From Streptosporangiales bacterium (GTDB lineage Bacteria; Actinomycetota; Actinomycetes; Streptosporangiales; WHST01), in the NCBI GenBank assembly GCA_009379825.1, contig WHTA01000006.1, forward strand, positions 65,858-129,857: a stretch of 64,000 bases of DNA. Reading direction: 5' to 3'. The notes below the pieces were generated by a model. The model was given only the letters and a program-made list of their open reading frames with translations. It searched no databases and was not told where the DNA came from. The position numbers were made by a program, and so were the translations under genes. Shown here piece by piece: positions 17,875 to 28,341 of the stretch. Position 1 is the stretch's first letter; every line of letters begins with the position of its first letter.

Positions 17875-19218
17875 CTAGGTTGCGATAGACAGTTGACGGT
17901 GCAACCAGTGCAGCTGGCTGCGCACTCTGCTGTACGTCGGCGAATCGGCCGGCAACCGGTCGAGGCAGGCCTGCCACACCTCGACGTCCTCGCGCCCGTC
18001 GGAGTCCTCCGCGTAGCGCAGCAGCACCTCGGGCGAGGCGTGGCCGAGCAGGGTGTCCCTGAGATGGCGCCGGATCTCCTCCCGCGCCTCGATGATCGTC
18101 GGCGACTCCGACCGCGGGAGCACCGGTCCCGCGTACAGGTCGAGCGCCTCGGTGAACGCACCGCGATCGAGCGCGCGGCGCAGGTCGTCGATGTCCGTGT
18201 CGAGCCGCTCCAGGATGCGGTACGGGCGGGAGGCGAGGAACGCCCCGCCGAGGATGCGCCGCAACCGCGACATCTCCGCCCTGATCGTCACCGACTGCAC
18301 GTCGTGCTCGTGCAGCCGTACGGACAACTGCTCGGCCGTCAGGCCCTCCGGGTGCATGGCCAACAGCAGCAGCAGCTCGCCGTGCCGCTGGCTGAGCCGC
18401 GTCGTGCGGGCCGGCATGTGGAGCACGGCGGCGTCAGTACCGAGTACCTCCAGCCGTGCACTCGGCACGATCGGTGGCGGCATCTTCAGGCGGCCGGCCG
18501 CGTGCCGGCCCGCGCCGATCAACTGGCGCAGCCGCAGCTCGCCTTCCGCCGCGGCGACCACGGCCTTCACCATGGTCAGCGCGTTCGGCAGGGCGACCGG
18601 GCCGGCGCCGGTGACGTCCACCGTGCCGAGCACCAGGCCGGTCGACGGGTCGTGCACGGGTGCGGCCGCGCAGTTCCAGGGCTGGACCTTGCGCTTGAAG
18701 TGCTCGGCACCCGCCACCTGGAGCGGCTGGTCGAGGAGCAACGCCGTGCCGGCCGCGTTGGTACCTGCGAGGTCCTCGCGCCAGTTCGCGCCCTCGACCA
18801 GGTTGACGTGCTCACCACCGGCGCGCAGCCGGTGATCGCCCTCGACCCACAGCACGCGCCCGTTTCCATCGCTGATGACCACGATGAACGAGTTGTCGTG
18901 TGCATCGTCGACGAGCAGCTCCCTGACGATGGGCAGTACCGCGGCCATCGGGCTGGCCTGTCGGTACTCGTCGAGCTCGTCACCGACCAGCTCGAGCGGC
19001 GCGGCGCTCTCCGGGTCGACGCCACCGTCGGCACACCGCCGCCACGAGTCGGCGACGAGTGCACGCACCTGCGCGCCGAGCATGCCGGTGGCGACGAACT
19101 GCTCGTGTGCGATGTGCAGCTGCCTGGAGGTGTACGACAGCGCCGGCGGCGTCCAGGGCGCGTTCGTGACGGAGCCGCCGCTCGCGGCCGTCACCGACAA
19201 GTCTTGATTGGGGCGCAC
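17875..19218 (-). CDS. GAF-domain transcriptional regulator (AcoR/PucR-like N-terminal sensor with a C-terminal helical DNA-binding region)
   Basis: A GAF-like region (VVISDGNGRVLWVEGD...AGTNAAGTAL...WNCAAAPVHDP) and a C-terminal region resembling a response-regulator or BTAD-type winged helix. Assignment is from pattern recall only. Confidence 0.65.
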   Translation of the reverse strand: MRPNQDLSVTAASGGSVTNAPWTPPALSYTSRQLHIAHEQFVATGMLGAQVRALVADSWRRCADGGVDPESAAPLELVGDELDEYRQASPMAAVLPIVRELLVDDAHDNSFIVVISDGNGRVLWVEGDHRLRAGGEHVNLVEGANWREDLAGTNAAGTALLLDQPLQVAGAEHFKRKVQPWNCAAAPVHDPSTGLVLGTVDVTGAGPVALPNALTMVKAVVAAAEGELRLRQLIGAGRHAAGRLKMPPPIVPSARLEVLGTDAAVLHMPARTTRLSQRHGELLLLLAMHPEGLTAEQLSVRLHEHDVQSVTIRAEMSRLRRILGGAFLASRPYRILERLDTDIDDLRRALDRGAFTEALDLYAGPVLPRSESPTIIEAREEIRRHLRDTLLGHASPEVLLRYAEDSDGREDVEVWQACLDRLPADSPTYSRVRSQLHWLHRQLSIAT

Positions 19219-19355
19219 ACCGACCAGCTTTCAAATCCTCCGAGACGAGAGTAGCCCTTTCCGTACCCGATACAGAAACTCCAATCACTGCGACGGTACG
19301 ACTACGGCGGCACAACTTCATTCCTTGACACACACTTGTCGGCTGTCCAAACAAC

Positions 19356-20222
19356 TCAGCTACCGAGAAGCGCCAGCGGTTTCCGGTCTTCGGCGGCGGC
19401 GCAGGCCATCGCATATTCCACCGGGGACGCGCCGACATGTGCACGGAAATCGCGGGTGAAATGCGCCTGGTCGAACCACCCGAGTTGTACCGCCAAACTG
19501 GCGACGTCGGCACTCTTGTCGGTCGCGAGCAGCTCGGCGCCGTCGTGCAGTCGGTAGCGCCTGATCATCCATTTCGGACCAACGCCGACGTACTTATGAA
19601 ATACGCGCTGTAACGAGCGCACGGACATCCCGAAGCGGTCGGCGACGTGACCGACCCGGGTGATGGACCGGTCCTCCAACATCACCGCGGCCATCTCGGT
19701 CAGCCGGAGGTACGTCGCGTCGGCGGCGGCGGGCAGCCGGCGGCGCAGGAACTCCTCGACCACCTCGACCACCTCGACCCGGCGGCCGTCGGTATCGATT
19801 TCCGCAACGGTCGCCGCGAGCCCGTCCGCGGCCGGCCCGAACAACTCGCGCATCGGCAGCGACCTGTCGGTGAGCGCTGCCACCGGACGGTCCGCGAATG
19901 CCCGGAACCCGCCGGGCCGGAACTTCACGCCGAACACCGAGCCGGAGCCTGACAACGGGTGGGTGGACGTGGTCGTGCCCACCCCGTGCACCTGGGCGCC
20001 GACACCGTCGAGGAAGGTGACGTTCACGCAAGGATGCGAGATCAGCCGCACCGCGTAGCTCTCGCCGGGCCCGAGGCTCCAGTGCACCGCCCAGTAGCGC
20101 TCCACGAAGCGTCCGACGTCGGGCGCGGCCGGGTACCGCCGCAGGTCGATGTGCTCGGCGGCCTGTTTGGGCTGCAGGATGCCCTTCGTACTCGTGGTCG
20201 GGCCGGTCGGCACCGCCGTCAC
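19356..20222 (-). CDS. AraC family transcriptional regulator
   Basis: C-terminal double HTH (VGHVADRFGMSVRSLQRVFHKYVG ... LAVQLGWFDQAHFTRDFRAHVGASP). Confidence 0.85.
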   Translation of the reverse strand: MTAVPTGPTTSTKGILQPKQAAEHIDLRRYPAAPDVGRFVERYWAVHWSLGPGESYAVRLISHPCVNVTFLDGVGAQVHGVGTTTSTHPLSGSGSVFGVKFRPGGFRAFADRPVAALTDRSLPMRELFGPAADGLAATVAEIDTDGRRVEVVEVVEEFLRRRLPAAADATYLRLTEMAAVMLEDRSITRVGHVADRFGMSVRSLQRVFHKYVGVGPKWMIRRYRLHDGAELLATDKSADVASLAVQLGWFDQAHFTRDFRAHVGASPVEYAMACAAAEDRKPLALLGS

Positions 20223-20241
20223 GCTCCCTCTACTCGGCGGT

Positions 20242-20277
20242 GTCGCGTTCTTACAAGACGCAGGGAACGAACGCGAC
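20242..20277. repeat. inverted repeat with 9-bp arms in the AraC/VOC divergent intergenic region
   Basis: GTCGCGTTC (20242-20250) and GAACGCGAC (20269-20277), with an 18-nt spacer. The repeat itself is certain. Its function (operator or hairpin) is unknown. Confidence 0.5.
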
Positions 20278-20337
20278 GAGGATCGACCTCATCGACAGTA
20301 CTCCCGCCCTACGACGACACCAGGAGAAGCAACCCCC

Positions 20338-20814
20338 GTGACCACATCCGACGACATCCCGCTGCCAGCCGGTTACCGCAGCCTCACGCCGTTCATCGTC
20401 GTCACCAACGCGGCGAAGGCGATCGAGTTCTACCAGCAGGTTTTCGACGCCGAGGTGATCAGCCGCAACGACACCCCCGACGGCAAGGTCGCGCACGCGG
20501 AGCTGCGGATCGGCGACTCGATGCTGCAGCTCGGCGACCCGAACCCTGCCTTCGGGCTGGTCTCGCCCGGCACCGACGACCAGGGCTCGGCGTCGCTGGC
20601 GCTCTACTGCGCGGACGCCGACGCCACCGTCGCCCGTGCCGTGGCCGCGGGTGCAACCCTGCGCGAACCGGTGCAAGACTTCGTGACCGGCGACCGGTTC
20701 GGGAGCATCCTGGACCCGTACGGCCGGCGCTGGGCGGTCATGACGCGCATCGAGGACATCTCCCGCGGGGAGGCGCAGCGGCGCGTCGACGAGTGGCTCG
20801 CGGCGCAGCAGTAG
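20338..20814 (+). CDS. VOC (glyoxalase/bleomycin-resistance fold, PhnB-like) family protein
   Basis: LTPFIVV..A..AIEFYQQVFDAEV....P.GKVAHAELRIGDSMLQLGD ... DRFGSILDPYGRRW pattern. GTG 20338 is the estimated start. Confidence 0.75.
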   Translation: MTTSDDIPLPAGYRSLTPFIVVTNAAKAIEFYQQVFDAEVISRNDTPDGKVAHAELRIGDSMLQLGDPNPAFGLVSPGTDDQGSASLALYCADADATVARAVAAGATLREPVQDFVTGDRFGSILDPYGRRWAVMTRIEDISRGEAQRRVDEWLAAQQ

Positions 20815-20842
20815 CTGCGGCGCCGAGGGAGCGGAGGTAGTC

Positions 20843-21382
20843 ATGGCGAGGTACGCGGCGCTGCTGCGGGGCATCAACCTCGGCCGCACGCGTAAGGTCC
20901 CCATGGCCGACCTCCGCGCCCTGCTCGACCGGCTCGGCTACCGCGACGTGTGGACCGTGCTGAACAGTGGCAACGCCGTCTTCACCGGCGACGACATGGA
21001 ACCGGCGGACCTGGAGAAGGAGCTCGAAGCCGCCCTCGCGGCGGAGTTCGCCATGGACGTGCCGTGCCTCGTACGTACGGCCGACGAGATGCGCGCCACG
21101 GTCGCGGACAACCCGCTTGGCCAGATCGCCACCAACGGCTCGCGGCTGATGGCACATTTCCTTTCCGTACCTCCGGAGCCGGCTGTCCTCGCCGCCCACG
21201 ACCCGGTCGAGCTCGACCCGGAGCGGGTCCGCGTCGGCGACCGGGTGATCTACCAGTGGTGCCCGGACGGGCTGGTGGCCGCCCCTCCGGTCGGCGACTT
21301 CGTCGCCAAGCACCTCGGGGTCACCGTGACCACGAGGAACTGGAACACCGTCACCAAGCTCGGTGACCTGCTCGACAGCTGA
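20843..21382 (+). CDS. DUF1697 family protein
   Basis: N-terminal YAALLRGINLGRTRKVPMADLRALL...GY..V.T.L.SGN is the DUF1697 signature. Confidence 0.8.
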   Translation: MARYAALLRGINLGRTRKVPMADLRALLDRLGYRDVWTVLNSGNAVFTGDDMEPADLEKELEAALAAEFAMDVPCLVRTADEMRATVADNPLGQIATNGSRLMAHFLSVPPEPAVLAAHDPVELDPERVRVGDRVIYQWCPDGLVAAPPVGDFVAKHLGVTVTTRNWNTVTKLGDLLDS

Positions 21383-21391
21383 GGAGAGATC

Positions 21392-21970
21392 GTGGCGACC
21401 GAACCGCTGGCCCTGCTTGACCGCGCACTCGACCAGACCGAGCGGGTCATCGCGGGCATCCGTCCCGACCAGGCCCACCTACCGACCCCGTGCAGTTCGT
21501 GGGACGTGCGGGCGCTGGTCGGCCACCTGGTGGACGTGCTTGGCACCTTCGCCGCCCGGGCACGGGGCGAGTCCCCCGGCATGCCCGCATCGGCCGCCGA
21601 CCCCGGCGACGACTGGCCGGGTGCGTTCCGCGCACGGGCCGACGAGCTGCTCGCCGCCTGGCAGGCCGCGGGCGACCTGGACCGCAAGGTGGACCTGGGC
21701 ATCGGCGAGCTGCCGCTGCGGTTCGTCATCGACCAGCAGGTGACCGAGTGCGCCGCGCACACCTGGGACCTGGTCACCGCCACCGGACAGCGCGCCGACC
21801 TGGATCCCGAGATCGCCGAGCACGCGCTCGACTGGGCCCGCGGCGCGCTGCAGCCGGCGTTCCGCGGCACGGAGGCCGAGGGCAAGGCGTTCGGCCCTGA
21901 GGTGCAGGTGCCGGCGGACGCACCGGCGTACGACCGGCTGGCCGCGTTCTTCGGCCGCCAGGCGGGCTGA
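21392..21970 (+). CDS. TIGR03086-type mycothiol-dependent DinB-like metal-binding protein
   Basis: LDRALDQTERVIAGI...PTPCSSWDVRALVGHLV and a C-terminal AYDRLAAFFGR. Confidence 0.75.
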   Translation: MATEPLALLDRALDQTERVIAGIRPDQAHLPTPCSSWDVRALVGHLVDVLGTFAARARGESPGMPASAADPGDDWPGAFRARADELLAAWQAAGDLDRKVDLGIGELPLRFVIDQQVTECAAHTWDLVTATGQRADLDPEIAEHALDWARGALQPAFRGTEAEGKAFGPEVQVPADAPAYDRLAAFFGRQAG

Positions 21971-21997
21971 CCGGCGTCCCGGTGGGAGACTGGGCGC

Positions 21998-23428
21998 ATG
22001 ACCGGTGCCCCGCTCCCGAACGTGCTCGCCACCCGCTACGCGTCCGCCGCCATGACGCGGCTGTGGTCGGCGGAGCACAAGGTCGTGCTCGAACGCCGGC
22101 TGTGGCTGGCCGTGCTCCGCGCGCAGCGCGAGCTCGGCGTCGAAGTGCCGGACGGGGTGCTCGAGGCGTACGACCGGGTGGCCGAGCAGGTCGACCTGGC
22201 CTCGATCGTCGAGCGGGAACGTCACACCAGGCACGACGTGAAGGCCCGCATCGACGAGTTCAGCGCGCTCGCCGGCCACGAGCACGTGCACAAGGGCATG
22301 ACCTCGCGCGACCTGACCGAGAACGTCGAGCAGCTGCAGGTACGCGACGCGCTCGGCATCGTCAGGGACCGGGTGGTCGCGACGCTCGTACGGCTGACGG
22401 CGCTCGCGGGTGAGCACGCCGAGCTGGTCATGGTCGGCCGCAGCCACAACGTCCCCGCGCAGGCGACGACGTTGGGCAAGCGGTTCGCCAACGCCGCGCA
22501 GGAGCTGCTCGTCGCGTACGACCGGATCGACGAGCTGCTGCGCCGGTACCCGCTGCGCGGCCTCAAGGGCCCGATGGGCACCGCGCAGGACCAGCTCGAC
22601 CTGCTCGGCGGCGACGAGGCGAAGCTCGCCGACCTGGAGGCGGCCGTCGCCAGACACCTCGGCTTCGCGCAGGTGCTGACCAGCGTCGGCCAGGTGTACC
22701 CGCGGTCGCTCGACCACGACGTGCTCTCGGCGCTTGTACAGGCAGGGGCCGCGCCGGCCAGCCTCGCCACCACCGTCCGGCTGATGGCCGGCCAGGAGCT
22801 GGCCACCGAGGGCTTCCAGCCCGGCCAGGTGGGCTCGTCGGCGATGCCGCACAAGATGAACGCCAGGTCGTGCGAGCGGGTGTGCGGGCTGCAGGTGGTG
22901 CTGCGCGGCTACCAGTCGATGACCGCCGAGCTGGCCGGCGGCCAGTGGGCGGAGGGCGACGTGTCGTGCTCCGTTGTGCGCCGGGTGGCGCTGCCGGACG
23001 CGTTCTTCGCCGCGGACGGCATGTACCAGACGTTCCTCACGGTGCTCGACGAGTTCGGCGCGTACCCGGCGGTGATCGACCGGGAGCTGCGCCGCTACCT
23101 GCCGTTCCTCGCCACCACGAAGGTGCTGATGGCGGCGGTGAAGAAGGGCGTAGGCAGAGAGCAGGCACACGAGGCGATCAAGGAGCACGCGGTCGCCGTC
23201 GCGCTCGCCATGCGGGAGCAGGGCCAGGAGGGCAACGACCTGCTCGACCGGCTCGCCGCCGACGACCGGCTGCCGCTCGACCGCGCCGAGCTCGACCAGG
23301 TGCTAGCCGACCCGCTGACCTTCACCGGCGCGGCCGCCGCCCAGGTGTCCACCGTCCTCACCCGCGTGGACGAGATCGCCAAGTCCCACCCCGAGGCCGC
23401 GAGCTACGCCCCCGAACCGATCCTCTGA
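21998..23428 (+). CDS. purB: adenylosuccinate lyase
   Basis: LATRYAS..M..LWS, HDVKA, TSRDLTEN and the SSAMPHKMNARSCERV signature loop. Confidence 0.95.
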   Translation: MTGAPLPNVLATRYASAAMTRLWSAEHKVVLERRLWLAVLRAQRELGVEVPDGVLEAYDRVAEQVDLASIVERERHTRHDVKARIDEFSALAGHEHVHKGMTSRDLTENVEQLQVRDALGIVRDRVVATLVRLTALAGEHAELVMVGRSHNVPAQATTLGKRFANAAQELLVAYDRIDELLRRYPLRGLKGPMGTAQDQLDLLGGDEAKLADLEAAVARHLGFAQVLTSVGQVYPRSLDHDVLSALVQAGAAPASLATTVRLMAGQELATEGFQPGQVGSSAMPHKMNARSCERVCGLQVVLRGYQSMTAELAGGQWAEGDVSCSVVRRVALPDAFFAADGMYQTFLTVLDEFGAYPAVIDRELRRYLPFLATTKVLMAAVKKGVGREQAHEAIKEHAVAVALAMREQGQEGNDLLDRLAADDRLPLDRAELDQVLADPLTFTGAAAAQVSTVLTRVDEIAKSHPEAASYAPEPIL

Positions 23429-23432
23429 CGGG

Positions 23433-24217
23433 TCAGTCCATCGGGTAGAGGCTGGCACCACCGTCGACGACGAGGACCTGACCGGTCAGGTAGCTGGCCA
23501 GCGGGCTGAGCAGGTACAGGACGTGTCCGCGACGCTCTGCGGCGGCTGCAGGTACCCCACCGGGATCGCGCGCTGCGCACGCGCCCGGTAGTCGGGCTCG
23601 GTGTGCCACTGCCGCTTGGCCATTCCCGCCGCGACGATGCCCGGCGCCACCGCGTTCGCCCTGATCCCGTTCGGCGCGAGCTCGCGGGCGAAGCTCCGGG
23701 TCAGCGACTTCAGCGCCGCCTTCGTCGCGCTGTACGGGGCGATGCCCGGCCACGGCACGTCCTGCACCCAGGACGTGGTGAAGACCAGCTGGCCCGCGAC
23801 GCCGTCCGCCACCCAGCGCGCCGCCGCCGCCCTGGCGAGGACGTACGCCGCGCGCAGGTTCACCCGCACCAACTGGTCGAACTCGTCGAGCGGGAACTCG
23901 TGCACCGGGTGCGACGCGGCGACGCCGGCGTGACAGCAGACGGCGTCCGGCAACCGCCCGAGCTCGCGCACGCAGTCGTCGAGCAGCCCGTCGACGGCCT
24001 GCTGGTCCGCGGTGTCGGCAGACAGGTACACCACCCGGTCGCCCGCCGGCAACACCGCACGGGCGTCGGTGGTCGGCAGCACGTCGTTCACCACGACCGT
24101 GGCGCCGAAGCGGTGCAACGTCTCGACGATCACCCGCCCGATGGCTCCGGCGCCTCCGGAGACCAGCACCACCCGGTCGGTGAGCCCGAGCGGGTTCGAC
24201 GGGTCGGCCGCAACCAT
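23433..24217 (-). pseudogene. SDR-family oxidoreductase, interrupted by a 1-nt frameshift near the 3' end
   Basis: VVLVSGGAGAIGR (TGxxxGxG-like), YSATKAAL (YxxxK) and NAVAPG. The C-terminal YLLSPLASYLTGQVLVVDGGASL is in another frame, and the join at about 23521-23527 needs one extra base. Length is 785 nt (3n+2). Start ATG 24217 is preceded by GGAAGGAGG. Confidence 0.7.
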
Positions 24218-24334
24218 CAGTCGCCGCCTCCTTCCACGTCGAGCACACGAACCTGGTACGAGCCGAACGCTATCGGCGTGCGCCACCCGGCACCGACCAA
24301 CCGCGCCGACGACCGCCGCAACCATCAGTCGCCG
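24207..24334. repeat. direct repeat at the GH13/SDR gene junction: an exact 20-bp core present twice, 108 bp apart
   Basis: GCCGCAACCATCAGTCGCCG occurs at 24207-24226 and 24315-24334. On the minus strand each core reads CGGCGAC-TGATG-GTTGCGGC, a stop/start overlap. The sequence between them is a diverged copy of the GH13 3' end. Confidence 0.85.
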
Positions 24335-26543
24335 GCGTCGTCCCAGACGTCCCGCAGCACCACCGGCCCTCACCGAGACCGAGCCGCTCGGCGTCGATCG
24401 AGCAGCCGGTATCCACCGGTGTCGCGGATAGGTTGACGAGCACCACGCTGCACCGCCGCCCGCTACGGCGGACGACCGCGTAGACGGCACGGTCGTCGAC
24501 CTCGACGGCCGCGTAGTCGGTGACACCACGGCGAATCTCCGGGTGCTCGCGGCGCAGCCGGTGCACCCTGCGTACATCCGGCTCGATGCCTGCCTCGCCA
24601 CCCACGAACGTCATGTACGCGCCGCCGCCCAGCGCGAAGACCGCGAGCAACGCCCTCGTGGCGTCGAGACCGTACTGCTCACGGCGCCACTTCTCGCCGG
24701 GCAACGGCCACCAGAACGTGTCGTGCGAGTCGATGTGGTGCGCGATCACCGAGCCTTCGGGCAGCACGGCGTCGCGGTCGCGGAACCACGCGGCCAGATC
24801 CGCGGCATCCCGGACGCCGCACGCCCGCACTCCCGTCCGTGCCCCGAGCACGGCGGGGATCAACCACTGCTCGTCGTAGTTGTACGTGATGTCCATGGTC
24901 TGCCGGAACAGCAGACCGGACGGCTCGGTGTAGAGCATGATCGAGTCGTTGAGCTTCCGCAGCCGTGGCCGCAGCTTCCCGAACAGCTCCAGGCAACCCA
25001 ACGGCGAGTAGCTCGCCCGCCGCCTGGTCGTCGGCGACCAGTTCGGCAACGCGGTGTACGTCGGCGCGTCGAAGCGGAAGCCGTCGACGTCGAGCCTGCG
25101 CACCAGCTGCTCCGCCGCCGCGCAGAAGTACTCCTGCCAGGACGCGTTGGCGACGTCGAACGCCTTCGTGTAGATGCCGATGACCTCCCCGGCCGAGTCG
25201 CGCAGGAACCACTCAGGATGTCGCTCGGCAAGTGGGTGACGCGCGGGTGAGCCGTCCGACCAGTACTGCTCGAAGTCGAGAATGTGCCGCGACCAGGCGA
25301 TGTCGCGCGCGTCGACGGCCGCCGCACCGCTCCCCCAGAACTGGGTGCTGCCTTCCGCGAGTCGCTCGAAGTACGGTCCGCGCCGCACCCGGTCGGCCGT
25401 CTGCGCCATCACCTCCATGTCGATGACGCCGTGCAGCAGGATGTCGAGGATCACCTTCATCCCGTGCCGGTGACAGGTCGCGACGACTTCGCGCAGCACT
25501 GCCTCGTCGCCGTACGTGGTGGTGATGTCGGCGTAGTCGTGCACGTTGTAGCTGGGGTACGGCTGCCGCGGCATGATCTGCAGCACGTCGTAGCCGAGCT
25601 CGTGGATCCGCGGCAGGTCGTCGAGCAGCGCCCGGGCGTCCGGATATGGACCGTAGCGGTAGTCACCGGCGAAGACCGAGTAGCCGATCTGCACCTCGAA
25701 GATGCTGGCGGGAGCGATCCAGTCAGGCCGGTCGCCCGGAGTGGCGATGCCGAGACCGGGGTACCACGACGGGACCTGGTCACGTACCTGCGGCCAACTC
25801 GCGTCGAGGACGTCCAGGTGCACCGCCTCGTAGCGCAGCGCCTCGGTCTCCTCGAGGTGCCCGGCCAGTCCGGTCCGTACGTCCACCCGCAGCGCCTCGG
25901 GGAGGCTGCGCACCCGCACGTCCCCGACCTCGGTGCGACACAGTGGCCACACCACGACCGTGTGCTCGTCCCTGTGCAGGACGACCAGTCCGGTCGAGCC
26001 GCGTACGCCGCCCGCGGTGGAGATCGCCAGTTCCTCCTCCTCGAGCGCCGCCGCGGAAAGCCCCGGGCGGAGCTCGTTGCCCGGTGCCTCCACACACCAT
26101 GTCCCGAGATCGGGCACCCGCACGTCGAAGGTCAACCGCAGGTCGCGCAAGGTCGCGGCCGCAGCCCCGGCTGCCGGTGTCAGCTCGACGGCGATCGCCA
26201 GCCGCGGGCTGCGCGAGCGGAGCGTGTACTCCCACCGCAGCGTCCAGCCGTCGGCTTCCGCGGTGATCGTGTAGACGTCCGCAGGGCCGTCGACGCGGCG
26301 TCGCAGCGAGCCGGGGACCACCGTGAACCGGTCGAGGTCGACGGTGTCCAGATAGCCGAGATCGTGTGGTGGCAGGTAGACCTCGTCGCCTCCGGTGCGC
26401 AGCGTCGCCGCAACCGCGATCGGTTGCCGGCGTTCGGACCGGCCGGCCACGGCCACCGGCAGCCCCGTGTCCGGGTCGAGGTACAGCAACGGCTGGCCAT
26501 CGCGGCCGCCGACCGTCAGCTCCGTCTCGGGTACCACCGCCAC
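24270..26543 (-). CDS. GH13-like (alpha-amylase family) glycoside hydrolase with a ~300-aa N-terminal extension; probable 3' frameshift
   Basis: LGYDVLQIMP, KVILDILLHG and VDGFRFDAP (GH13 region II). GTG 26543 is preceded by AAGGAGG. After ...GLGEG the tail turns Arg/Gly/Cys-rich. A 1-nt correction near 24360 gives ...GPVVLRDVWDDAGD with its stop at 24325-24327 (24325..26543 is 3n+2). Confidence 0.7.
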   Translation of the reverse strand: MAVVPETELTVGGRDGQPLLYLDPDTGLPVAVAGRSERRQPIAVAATLRTGGDEVYLPPHDLGYLDTVDLDRFTVVPGSLRRRVDGPADVYTITAEADGWTLRWEYTLRSRSPRLAIAVELTPAAGAAAATLRDLRLTFDVRVPDLGTWCVEAPGNELRPGLSAAALEEEELAISTAGGVRGSTGLVVLHRDEHTVVVWPLCRTEVGDVRVRSLPEALRVDVRTGLAGHLEETEALRYEAVHLDVLDASWPQVRDQVPSWYPGLGIATPGDRPDWIAPASIFEVQIGYSVFAGDYRYGPYPDARALLDDLPRIHELGYDVLQIMPRQPYPSYNVHDYADITTTYGDEAVLREVVATCHRHGMKVILDILLHGVIDMEVMAQTADRVRRGPYFERLAEGSTQFWGSGAAAVDARDIAWSRHILDFEQYWSDGSPARHPLAERHPEWFLRDSAGEVIGIYTKAFDVANASWQEYFCAAAEQLVRRLDVDGFRFDAPTYTALPNWSPTTRRRASYSPLGCLELFGKLRPRLRKLNDSIMLYTEPSGLLFRQTMDITYNYDEQWLIPAVLGARTGVRACGVRDAADLAAWFRDRDAVLPEGSVIAHHIDSHDTFWWPLPGEKWRREQYGLDATRALLAVFALGGGAYMTFVGGEAGIEPDVRRVHRLRREHPEIRRGVTDYAAVEVDDRAVYAVVRRSGRRCSVVLVNLSATPVDTGCSIDAERLGLGEGRWCCGTSGTTPATDGCGGRRRGWSVPGGARR

Positions 26544-26564
26544 TCGGGCCTCCTTGGCCTAGGT

Positions 26565-27413
26565 CTACTTGATGCCGGAGATGCCGCCGGCACTCTCCAG
26601 GAACTTGCGTTGCGCGAGCAGGAAGATGATGACCGAGGGAAGCGCGGCCACTACGGCTCCCGCCATCAGCAGGTGCCACTGGTTCTGGTGCTGCTCGAGG
26701 AAGTGCGCGAGCCCGATCGTCACCGTCCTGTGCGCGTCCGTCGTGGTGACGATCAACGGCCAGAGGAACTCGTCCCAGTTGGTGACGAACGTGAGCACGG
26801 CCAGCGTCGCCATCGCGGGACGGCACAGCGGAGTGATGATCCGCAGGAAGATCCGCAACTCACTGGCGCCGTCGATACGCGCTGCCTCGATGTACTCGTC
26901 CGGGATGCTGGCGATGAACTGGCGCATCAGGAACACACCGAACGCGGTGAGCGCGAACGGTGCGATCAGGCCCTGGTAGCTGTCGATCCAGTCGAGCGAG
27001 CGCACCAGCAGGTACAACGGGATGGCGATGACTGTGAACGGGATCATGAACGTGCCGAGGATGAAACCGAAGACGAGGTTGCGGCCCGGGTAGCGGAACT
27101 TCGCGAGGCTGTACCCGGTCATGGTGCAGAACACCACGTTGAGCGCGATGACAGTGCCCGTCACGATGCCGCTGTTCATGATGTAGTGACCGATGTTGAA
27201 GGCAGTGAAGATCTCGGCGTAGTTGCGCAGCCGCCAACTCGGCGGCAACAGGTTGACGGGGCTGGACATGATGTCGTCCCTGCCCATGAACGACGCCGAC
27301 ACCATCCACAGCACAGGAGCGAGCATGAGCAGTAGCCCTGCGGTGAGCAGTACGTAGAAGCCCGTCCTACGCACCGCGGCTTCCACAGCTAATCGCATGT
27401 TCGTCCCCTTCAT
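26565..27413 (-). CDS. carbohydrate ABC transporter permease (MalG-like)
   Basis: Six-TM profile with the EAA loop [21 protein letters not shown]. Confidence 0.9.
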   Translation of the reverse strand: MKGTNMRLAVEAAVRRTGFYVLLTAGLLLMLAPVLWMVSASFMGRDDIMSSPVNLLPPSWRLRNYAEIFTAFNIGHYIMNSGIVTGTVIALNVVFCTMTGYSLAKFRYPGRNLVFGFILGTFMIPFTVIAIPLYLLVRSLDWIDSYQGLIAPFALTAFGVFLMRQFIASIPDEYIEAARIDGASELRIFLRIITPLCRPAMATLAVLTFVTNWDEFLWPLIVTTTDAHRTVTIGLAHFLEQHQNQWHLLMAGAVVAALPSVIIFLLAQRKFLESAGGISGIK

Positions 27414-28333
27414 GTGCGCGCACGCAGTAGCCGGAACTGCACCACGGTCAGCACCATGAGGAGCAGGAACAGCACGATCGAGGCGGCGCTCGCGTAGCCC
27501 ATCTCGAAGTACTCGAAGGCATGCTGATAGACGAAGATCGGAAGCACCCGGGTAGCCGAACCCGGACCACCGTGGGTCAGCAGGTATGCGGGCGTGAACA
27601 CCTGGAACGCCGTGATGATCGAGATGACGGCTACGTAGAGCATCACCGGCCGCAGCAGCGGCAAGGTGACGTACCAGAACCGCTGCACCGCGTTGGCTCC
27701 GTCCACCCGAGCGGCCTCGTGGTACTCCTCAGGGATGGCCCGCAAGCCGATCAGGTAGATGAGCATGTACACGGGGATGCCCTTGATCACGCTCAACAGG
27801 ATCAGCGAGGGCATGGCCAGGTTCTCGCTGGACAACCACCGCACGGTGCCCAGCCCCAGTGGCTCCGTGATCACCGTCAGCAGGCCGAACGACGGGTTGA
27901 ACATGAGCAGCCAGACGAGCGACCAGACCGTCAACGACACGACCGCCGGCAGATAGTACGCGGCGAGGAACGCCTGCCTGAACCGGAACGCGCGGTTGAT
28001 CACCAGGGCGAGGCCCAGCGCGATCACCCAGATCGGTGCCACCGTGCCGATCGTGTAGTACAGCGTGACCTTCAACGAGTTCAGGAACTCCGCGTCGGTC
28101 AGTAGGCGCAGGTAGTTCGCCGCACCCACGAACCGCGGTGCGCCGAGCAGGTTCCAGTCCTGCAGGCTGATCCATCCGGCCCAGCCGAGCGGGTAGACGT
28201 AGAAGACCGCGAAGAACACGATGGCCAGCAGCGCGAAGAGGATGCCGTACTTGACTTCCCGTACCGGTGCCCGCCGCGATCGTCTGGGCGTAGCGGGCAA
28301 CGCGCGACGGTCGGTGGTGGCCGAGGTAGCCAT
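27410..28333 (-). CDS. carbohydrate ABC transporter permease (MalF-like)
   Basis: EAA loop [21 protein letters not shown]. Start ATG 28333; the stop overlaps the next permease start (27410-27413). Confidence 0.9.
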   Translation of the reverse strand: MATSATTDRRALPATPRRSRRAPVREVKYGILFALLAIVFFAVFYVYPLGWAGWISLQDWNLLGAPRFVGAANYLRLLTDAEFLNSLKVTLYYTIGTVAPIWVIALGLALVINRAFRFRQAFLAAYYLPAVVSLTVWSLVWLLMFNPSFGLLTVITEPLGLGTVRWLSSENLAMPSLILLSVIKGIPVYMLIYLIGLRAIPEEYHEAARVDGANAVQRFWYVTLPLLRPVMLYVAVISIITAFQVFTPAYLLTHGGPGSATRVLPIFVYQHAFEYFEMGYASAASIVLFLLLMVLTVVQFRLLRART

Positions 28334-28341
28334 GCCCGTTC

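Noticed and set aside
24218-24601. An N-terminal extension of the SDR ORF (23486..24601), including a second MVAA start at 24325.
   Set aside because: The extension is Arg/Gly-rich nonsense overlapping the GH13 3' end. ATG 24217 has a strong GGAAGGAGG Shine-Dalgarno sequence. The upstream MVAA is explained by the junction duplication.
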